Positions 57,663-64,000 of a stretch of DNA of 64,000 bases are shown here, piece by piece (the stretch's first letter is position 1; every line of letters begins with the position of its first letter). A program made the position numbers and the translations under genes. Under the pieces are notes generated by a model. The model ran no database searches. It worked only from the letters and a program-made list of their open reading frames with translations, and was not told where the DNA came from. The DNA is from an uncultured archaeon (GTDB taxonomy: Archaea; Thermoplasmatota; Penumbrarchaeia; JASLWR01), in the NCBI GenBank assembly GCA_964430885.1, contig CAYSHM010000007.1:32001-96000 (forward strand). Direction: 5' to 3'.

Positions 57663-59075
57663 TCAATCAATACCTGGAATACCCTCCTGCTTGAACTTAT
57701 CCCACTCCACAATATCCAGATCCTTTCCGACAATATAGAGCATTGTAGCGTAATTGAATTTCTTCGATATCATAACACCCAGTGAGGTATGGTATTTATC
57801 AACAAGGTCCTCCAGATGCTTGATGTCATTCAGTTTGCACCTTTCCACCCATCCCACAAGAATTCGGCTACCGTCCCTTAATTGTGCCTTGAGAACCAAG
57901 TCATTTTCATCCCCAGTATCAAGATACATAACGTTTATTCCAGGCATATGTTCCTTGATCATTTCATATATATCCTTGTTCTCCGTGCTCCCGCCGTATG
58001 TTTCCTCCATCCATCCTTTTCGTTCACCTCTTGAGTGATCCATTAACGGTTCCAAGTTCGATAAAATATCCTGAATAGGCGGTTCAGATTTGGATATGGT
58101 CTCAATTTTACCGTAACTGTCTGATGCATGAGAATCCAGTTTTTGTTCAAGTGCTTTCTCTGAGCCTACATTTTTATGGGTATATTTGGGAAAACCGAAA
58201 TTCTGCTCATCAAGCATGGGCAGGGGAATTTTACTGAAATCAATATTCTGAAGAGCGCTCAATTGGCTAATGGGTATCTTCATTAGTGCCTGAGTTATAT
58301 CCACCCCCCGGGCTGATTTGTCAATACTGTCTTCCGGAACAGCTTTGGCGAGTTCATCGATAGTTCCTAATATAGAAGCAGATTCTATTGTATCCAATTC
58401 TTTTACTGGTGCGGGCATCTCGAAATCTACTTTCCTGGTCTCTATTGGCGGTTCGGCCTCACGGGGGACATCCCTAGGACTGGACTGAACATCAGCTTTG
58501 CCTTTGCCCTTGGGCTCCTCATCCGATGTACTAAAAATATCATCCCGGGATAATCGAAGGTATCCGTCATCTAAAAGGAAATAGAACAGGCTGACATCTT
58601 CTGCGATATGGTACATGTTATTGAGTATGTTCTCTATGGGCTGATTCTGAAACTCACTGCTGGTTAAGGGTACTCTGATCATCAGACGTATCAAACTGAA
58701 AGTATCCTCCTCATCAATGAACTCTTTGGTTATATAGGGCTTATCCAATATGGGTGAATAGAATTTGATATACTCCTTCTCACACCTTTCCCTCTCCACC
58801 GCAATCTCGCCCAATATCTCAGGAGGGATCAATTTATGGTCCTCACCGGATATCAAATAAACCCTGTCAAGGTCCATTAGGTCGTCAAGATTGAAAATTT
58901 CAACCATTGTTTCCAGATCATCGACTATATCCACATATTCCGATGCAGTTCTGATTACCAGAACCTCTGAACCCTCAATATTCCCCCGGGAATAATCCAA
59001 AGGCGCCATTCTGTCTCTTAATTGATTTATTTCCGACAAACTGAGAAGTGTTTCATCGCTGTCATGATAGACCAT
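57663..59075 (-). CDS. Hypothetical protein with C-terminal degenerate Mrr-like restriction-endonuclease-fold domain
   Basis: 470-aa ORF. The C-terminal D-L-V-L...G-x-RILV...GVMIS-x-x-F...DIVEW pattern resembles Mrr_cat. Confidence 0.7.
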   Translation of the reverse strand: MVYHDSDETLLSLSEINQLRDRMAPLDYSRGNIEGSEVLVIRTASEYVDIVDDLETMVEIFNLDDLMDLDRVYLISGEDHKLIPPEILGEIAVERERCEKEYIKFYSPILDKPYITKEFIDEEDTFSLIRLMIRVPLTSSEFQNQPIENILNNMYHIAEDVSLFYFLLDDGYLRLSRDDIFSTSDEEPKGKGKADVQSSPRDVPREAEPPIETRKVDFEMPAPVKELDTIESASILGTIDELAKAVPEDSIDKSARGVDITQALMKIPISQLSALQNIDFSKIPLPMLDEQNFGFPKYTHKNVGSEKALEQKLDSHASDSYGKIETISKSEPPIQDILSNLEPLMDHSRGERKGWMEETYGGSTENKDIYEMIKEHMPGINVMYLDTGDENDLVLKAQLRDGSRILVGWVERCKLNDIKHLEDLVDKYHTSLGVMISKKFNYATMLYIVGKDLDIVEWDKFKQEGIPGID

Positions 59076-59324
59076 ACTATTTCACACCCGCATAAAAAAT
59101 TGGATTGCTATGTTAGATCATAAGCCTGATTTAGGTTATGAATAATCATTCTTTTCTTAGCCCTAAGAAATCGGCTCTTTAATGATTATTAACTGTAAGT
59201 TATATCTTTTTGGGTCGTACTATCCAAAAACTTTTCAATGTTGTTTTTATGCAGATAATTAAGATAATGGATATAACATGTTTTATAAACTGATAGCGGT
59301 ATCAGATTATCAAGGAGGTATTAC

Positions 59325-59738
59325 ATGTCCCTGCAGAGAGTCGGCATCTCACTGGAAGATGAACTATTGAAAAAATTCGACGAACATATGCTGAATAAGG
59401 GTTATACCAATAGGTCGGAAGCAGTAAGAGATATTATCAGAAAAAACCTGATAGAAGGTGTGGTGATAAACGATAAGAATGTGAATGTTTTCGGTACGTT
59501 GACCATAATCTTCAATCATCATTCCAGTGAGGTCAACAAGAGACTGACCCAGCTTCAGCATCATAATGTTGAGCAGATAATATCTACAACACATATTCAT
59601 GTAGATGAGGACATGTGTCTAGAGGTTTTACTTCTGAAAGGAATGGGGGGGACAATAGAGGAGTTAGCCAACAGTATAATGGCCATAAAGGGAGTTTTGC
59701 ACGGCGGGCTGGTCATCACTGGATCAATAATTGGTTAA
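59325..59738 (+). CDS. nikR: Nickel-responsive regulator NikR
   Basis: RVGISL...GYTNRSEAVRD-x-IR (RHH), plus QH and HIH-x5-CLE nickel ligands. Confidence 0.97.
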   Translation: MSLQRVGISLEDELLKKFDEHMLNKGYTNRSEAVRDIIRKNLIEGVVINDKNVNVFGTLTIIFNHHSSEVNKRLTQLQHHNVEQIISTTHIHVDEDMCLEVLLLKGMGGTIEELANSIMAIKGVLHGGLVITGSIIG

Positions 59739-59903
59739 GGGGCGGTTTTTGATTTATCGATCGCCGCCAAGTTTTGGAACTATCTGTGAATTCTCGATTG
59801 AGATGATATTTGATTATCTTTCTGGAAGAAAAAAAACCACACTTTTTATAAAATATAACGGCGTTATATTGAAGTGTGCATGTTGTTTTCCTATAGGCTA
59901 ATT

Positions 59904-59921
59904 AGGGCTCTTATGAGCCCT
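59904..59921. promoter_or_regulatory. Palindrome AGGGCTC-TTAT-GAGCCCT upstream of the large surface protein
   Basis: Perfect 7-bp arms in an AT-rich intergenic region; role (operator or hairpin) unknown. Confidence 0.3.
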
Positions 59922-60044
59922 CTGGACATAGAATAAAATCATTAAATTAGGTTTATAACAACAATTTTAAATACATTATATTAGTGATGTACCGTGTTAT
60001 AATAGGAAAAAAACATGCCTGTACAAATAGGAGGAAATTATCAC

Positions 60045-63000
60045 ATGGTAAAGAGTTCAAGAATATTTTTCAATTATTTTTTATTAAGCGTTAGTATTGT
60101 CGTTTTGACCATGGGCGTGTTCAATATCGATCTTTCATCCAATGCGGATATCGATAAATTATCAGAAACGGATAATGTCAGCAGCATTGCAGATAAAATA
60201 GATAATAACATCCGTTCATCTGATAAGGTCACGGTCATGTTCGATGACGCCCATTTTCCAGCTTATACCGCCGACCCTGCCAATGATGCGGATGAATCGG
60301 TAGGCGGCTGTGCCGGGGGATACAGTGATTTCGCCGATGTCCTCAGGGACCCTCTGGGAATGCAGGCCTCCCACCCAGGCCACCAGTTCATAACTGACAA
60401 TACCTATGAAGTAATCTCCTTGATGGAAGGAGAGACTATGACCGATGAGGCGCTAAAGGACGTAGAGGTTCTCATCGTACCCTGTTCGTTCAATCAGTAC
60501 TCCACAAGTGAGGTGGATGCAATTGAAAAATTCGTAAAGGAAGGTGGAGGGCTTTTCCTCATAGCGGACCATTCCAACTTTGCCAACGCAATGGATGATA
60601 TCGCCTGGAGATTCCATGTGAGGTGGGCTCATGATGTGGTGACTGACAGCAACGATTATACTGGCCCCTACAACTACTGGATCGTTTGGGAGGATAACGG
60701 AATTCCCGGGGATGACAATATGCCACTCAACAACAACCCTGGATACCAGAACGACCCGGATGAGATCTGGCAGATCACTCAATATGCACCAACTGTACAA
60801 TACTATTGTTCCAACGCTTATGTCTATGAGAACCCTGCTGAATCCATAGCTGTCATTGCCACCGACACAGATGGAACATCCAATTATTATGGTGAACCGG
60901 CTTGTTTGGCTATACCCAATGGGAATGTTACTGGAGCTGGAAAGGCCGTATTTATCACTGACTCTAACGTTTTTGGAGATATGTGGTATCAGTGGGGCAA
61001 TCCGGACGGAGATTGTGATGATGATGGAATAAAGGATTTCTGGGACGAGCACAATGCCGAGTTCGGTCTTGGAGTTGTGGATTGGTTGGCTCCAGATGCC
61101 TATGAGATAGGTTTGATATCCGGCGAAAAGGATCCCGATTCAGGACTGCCAAAACCTCTGGTGCACATGTACGAACCCGGGGAAACACATACCTATAAGA
61201 TTGAGGTTTGGAACCTCGGATTGAGAAAAGACACAATCGAACTGGAGATCCCTGAGGTTGAGGAAGGTTGGTCGGCTTCACTGGATAAGTTGGTGACAAG
61301 GGAGATGGGGCCCCGCAACAAAGAGATCGTCAATCTAACTATCACAGCTCCCTGGACAAATCTCACTGACGGGGAATACGCTCTCATAAACGTTACCGCC
61401 ACTTCAATTAACGATCCTGAGAACGCCACCGATGATATTACCTCAACTAACATCGTCTCTGTTGATATCGGTTTCAATTTGGATTGGTCTGTGGAAGAGG
61501 ATGATTACGGTGAGAAAAAGAAGGAAGTGGATCCCGGAAAGACTTCCATCATATCTTTGGGAGTAAAGAATATCGGTAATGTGAATGATTCGTACGTTAT
61601 CCGTCTTCAGGGTGTTCCCAAGGGCTGGGACGTGTCCTTGGATACATCAGCAAATCCTGAATGGGACTTTAACGGTGTTACAAAGACTGTCAAGGGGGTT
61701 ACAGTTCCCGCAAGAAGTTTCGAGAACAATCAAACCTACCTGCGTTTCTCCGTAAGAGCGCCCATTGATGCACATGAAGGAATGAATGCTCTTATCAATG
61801 CCATTGGGGAATCAGTTCTGGCAAATTCCACAGGTCAGGATGCCCAAGGCGACCATGATGACGAAGTAAAATTGATCGTTTCATCAAATAGAATGGTTGA
61901 ACTTTATTGCGAAGATGATGAACTTCATGTTGATCCGGGCAAGAGCGTCAGCTTTCTGGTATCGGTCAAGAACAACGGCAATGGACAGGAAAAGGTTGAG
62001 CTGAGTATGGGGAGCCTTATAAGCGATTGGACCGGCAGTATTAGTTCTCCTACTGTCATCCTGCAGCCAAGACAGAAGAAGATCGTCCGGATAACCCTTA
62101 CAGCACCTGAAACGGCTCGGGAAGGATCCAGATGCGTGGTAAAACTGGAAGTGAGGATGCACCAGCAGAAAAATATTGCAGACGACCTCGCGCTGACAGC
62201 CATTGTCAACCAATATCAAAAGATCAATGCAACCATTATAGGGACCAAATCATTCAACGTTGACCCCGGAAAGGAATTCACCTTCAACATCTCCATATCA
62301 AATGAAGGGAACGGCATAGTCCAGGTCACTACTGATATGATTCAGCTGGCCGAAGGGTGGGAATACGAGTTCATATTCGATGGTGAAGAGGTAAAGAACT
62401 TCAAGATGGAAGCCTTCCAGACAATAGAGGTAACTGTCAGTATAAAGGTCCCATCTAATGCACTAGCAGATTCAGATCTATCCCTGCCGGGACTGAACGC
62501 CTATCCCATTGGACTCAATGTCACTTGCGATGAAAAATATATACAACTACTTGCTTCAGCTACGGTCAAGCGAAAATCTGATCTCGAAGTAATTTGGATA
62601 CCGGATACCGCCGAGAAGACCTTTGACGGCTATAAGCTAGTATCCGAACCCGGAGGGGAAGTGCAGTTCCTCATAAGAGTTAAAAACAATGGGAATGCCT
62701 GGGATGAGGTGAAACTTGACATCAAGGATACTCCATTGTATCTTGATCCCAATACCTTACTGGAGCGGCCGTGGGACATTTACTTCTCATCGCTATCTTT
62801 CAGGGAACATACATCGGTTGAATACGGAGTTACAGAGCTGGATTTCACCCGCCTTATCGATGTGACCGATTTGGACACTCGGCCTCAGTATATACCAAAC
62901 AACACTAAAACAGAGATGATGTCCACAACTGACATTTCACTCCGGATTCCTTACAGGACCACTTTATGGGTTTCAGTCACTGTAAAAATTCCGGACAGCG

Positions 63001-63545
63001 TTGCGGCCGAGGACACCTATTTCGTTGTGTCGTCCAAATGTATCAATAATGTTGCCCTGACCATTGATGATATAACCTGCCCTCTAAGTGTACGGAATGT
63101 GGAATTGACCATCAGTTCAAAGATCATACTTCCATCCAGCGTGAAGGCAGGGGAACTGGTCTCGGTCTCTGTTCAGGTAGGAAATATGGGTGAAATAATG
63201 GCCAAGAATGTCATCGTCCGCCTGTATGCTGATGGAAAGCTTGTAGAAAATATCCCTGTTGAAACCATACTCAAGGGGGAGACACAGCTCGTATCCTTCA
63301 TCTGGAAAGTCCCCGACAAGGAGGAATGCAAGCTCACTGTCACTGTGGACCCTGACAATTTCATAGTTGAGAAGAATGAGGGTAACAACACAAGGAGTAA
63401 AACAGTATCCATATCGGGCTCATCAGGATTTCTGAAATTCATGCAGCCTGACACAGTGGTGCCAGTCCTATTGGTCCTAGCTCTGCTTGGAGTTGGAATA
63501 TTCGGATTACTCCAATTGAAAAAAAGAGGATGGAGTCCGCTTTAG
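60045..63545 (+). CDS. Cell-surface protein: GATase-like (DUF4350/GIFT-like) domain, COG1470/NEW3-type Ig repeats, CARDB, C-terminal TM
   Basis: VMFDDAH...E-x-x-AI-x-x-FV-x-x-GGGL-x-x-IADH...GKAVF-x-x-DSN; repeated V-x-PG...V-x-N-x-GN-x-x-D; VDPDN-x-I-x-E-x-NE-x-NN. Confidence 0.88.
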   Translation: MVKSSRIFFNYFLLSVSIVVLTMGVFNIDLSSNADIDKLSETDNVSSIADKIDNNIRSSDKVTVMFDDAHFPAYTADPANDADESVGGCAGGYSDFADVLRDPLGMQASHPGHQFITDNTYEVISLMEGETMTDEALKDVEVLIVPCSFNQYSTSEVDAIEKFVKEGGGLFLIADHSNFANAMDDIAWRFHVRWAHDVVTDSNDYTGPYNYWIVWEDNGIPGDDNMPLNNNPGYQNDPDEIWQITQYAPTVQYYCSNAYVYENPAESIAVIATDTDGTSNYYGEPACLAIPNGNVTGAGKAVFITDSNVFGDMWYQWGNPDGDCDDDGIKDFWDEHNAEFGLGVVDWLAPDAYEIGLISGEKDPDSGLPKPLVHMYEPGETHTYKIEVWNLGLRKDTIELEIPEVEEGWSASLDKLVTREMGPRNKEIVNLTITAPWTNLTDGEYALINVTATSINDPENATDDITSTNIVSVDIGFNLDWSVEEDDYGEKKKEVDPGKTSIISLGVKNIGNVNDSYVIRLQGVPKGWDVSLDTSANPEWDFNGVTKTVKGVTVPARSFENNQTYLRFSVRAPIDAHEGMNALINAIGESVLANSTGQDAQGDHDDEVKLIVSSNRMVELYCEDDELHVDPGKSVSFLVSVKNNGNGQEKVELSMGSLISDWTGSISSPTVILQPRQKKIVRITLTAPETAREGSRCVVKLEVRMHQQKNIADDLALTAIVNQYQKINATIIGTKSFNVDPGKEFTFNISISNEGNGIVQVTTDMIQLAEGWEYEFIFDGEEVKNFKMEAFQTIEVTVSIKVPSNALADSDLSLPGLNAYPIGLNVTCDEKYIQLLASATVKRKSDLEVIWIPDTAEKTFDGYKLVSEPGGEVQFLIRVKNNGNAWDEVKLDIKDTPLYLDPNTLLERPWDIYFSSLSFREHTSVEYGVTELDFTRLIDVTDLDTRPQYIPNNTKTEMMSTTDISLRIPYRTTLWVSVTVKIPDSVAAEDTYFVVSSKCINNVALTIDDITCPLSVRNVELTISSKIILPSSVKAGELVSVSVQVGNMGEIMAKNVIVRLYADGKLVENIPVETILKGETQLVSFIWKVPDKEECKLTVTVDPDNFIVEKNEGNNTRSKTVSISGSSGFLKFMQPDTVVPVLLVLALLGVGIFGLLQLKKRGWSPL

Positions 63546-63721
63546 ATAAGGATACAGAACCAAGATGTTCAGAATTCATGAAAACAGGGTATGAAGTGCT
63601 CTCCTTATGAAGAATGGATTTTGTAGATTCTTTTTAAATTCGGACATTTTGTATTGGGACAAATATAAATATATTGTAATTGATATATAATTCCAAATCA
63701 AATAAAAATAAAGGTGATAAA

Positions 63722-63955
63722 ATGGCAATTGGTTTTGTACTTATCAGCACAGCTCCCGCAAAGGAACATGAAGTATATAATAAACTGAAGAAGCTCAAGG
63801 GCATAAAAGAACTCCATCCGCTTTTCGGAGAATATGATCTAATAGCTAAGATCGAATGCAAGAGCTTTGATGAACTAGGTGAGATAGTAGTTGACGGAAT
63901 AAGGACAATCCCAGGTGTTATCGATACGAAAACATTGACTGGTATAAGGTTCTGA
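63722..63955 (+). CDS. Stand-alone Lrp/AsnC ligand-binding domain protein
   Basis: MAIGFVLI...LFGEYDLIAKI...IRTIPGVIDTKTL; AGGTGAT SD. Confidence 0.92.
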   Translation: MAIGFVLISTAPAKEHEVYNKLKKLKGIKELHPLFGEYDLIAKIECKSFDELGEIVVDGIRTIPGVIDTKTLTGIRF

Positions 63956-64000
63956 TCAATAACTGCCACTTCTATCCAAAATTTTCCCGAAATGATAACT

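Noticed and set aside
279-63969. Numerous antisense or overlapping ORFs in the six-frame track (e.g. 279-545, 1130-1561, 11904-12238, 28035-28664, 60453-61052, 63634-63969)
   Set aside because: They are shadows of well-supported genes on the other strand or frame, with S/F/L-biased composition and no SD or motifs.
1-64000. Mobile element, provirus or defence island
   Set aside because: No integrase, transposase, capsid or methyltransferase genes or terminal repeats were recognised, and housekeeping genes are interspersed throughout.

Overview
This is a gene-dense chromosomal window from an archaeon, most likely an uncultured Thermoplasmatota member. The assignment is inferred from a group II chaperonin, RadB, archaeal TyrRS, GGTGA-type Shine-Dalgarno (SD) sites and large Ig/PKD/CARDB surface proteins with zinc ribbons. 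I found no rRNA, tRNA, CRISPR array or transposase. The most notable content is a dispersed but coherent folate/glycine one-carbon set: a 1.2-kaa SHMT + degenerate GcvT + intact GcvT triple fusion next to gcvH, a LipS1-type lipoyl synthase subunit, and a folC-folP pair whose FolP carries an H. pylori-like dihydropteroate reductase extension. Other unusual items are an orphan GrpE with long Lys/Glu-rich disordered segments, a likely NikR operator straddling the TATA box of a His-rich Ni/Co transporter gene, and a probable ATC start codon for radB. There are also two paralogous HicB-like microproteins (one missed by the ORF track), a catalytically degenerate Mrr-like domain, CDIN1/C15orf41 and Trax-like nucleases, and a 1.6-kaa repetitive helical protein. 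All calls come from motif recognition by eye, with no database search. Several start codons were moved from the ORF track to SD-supported positions.
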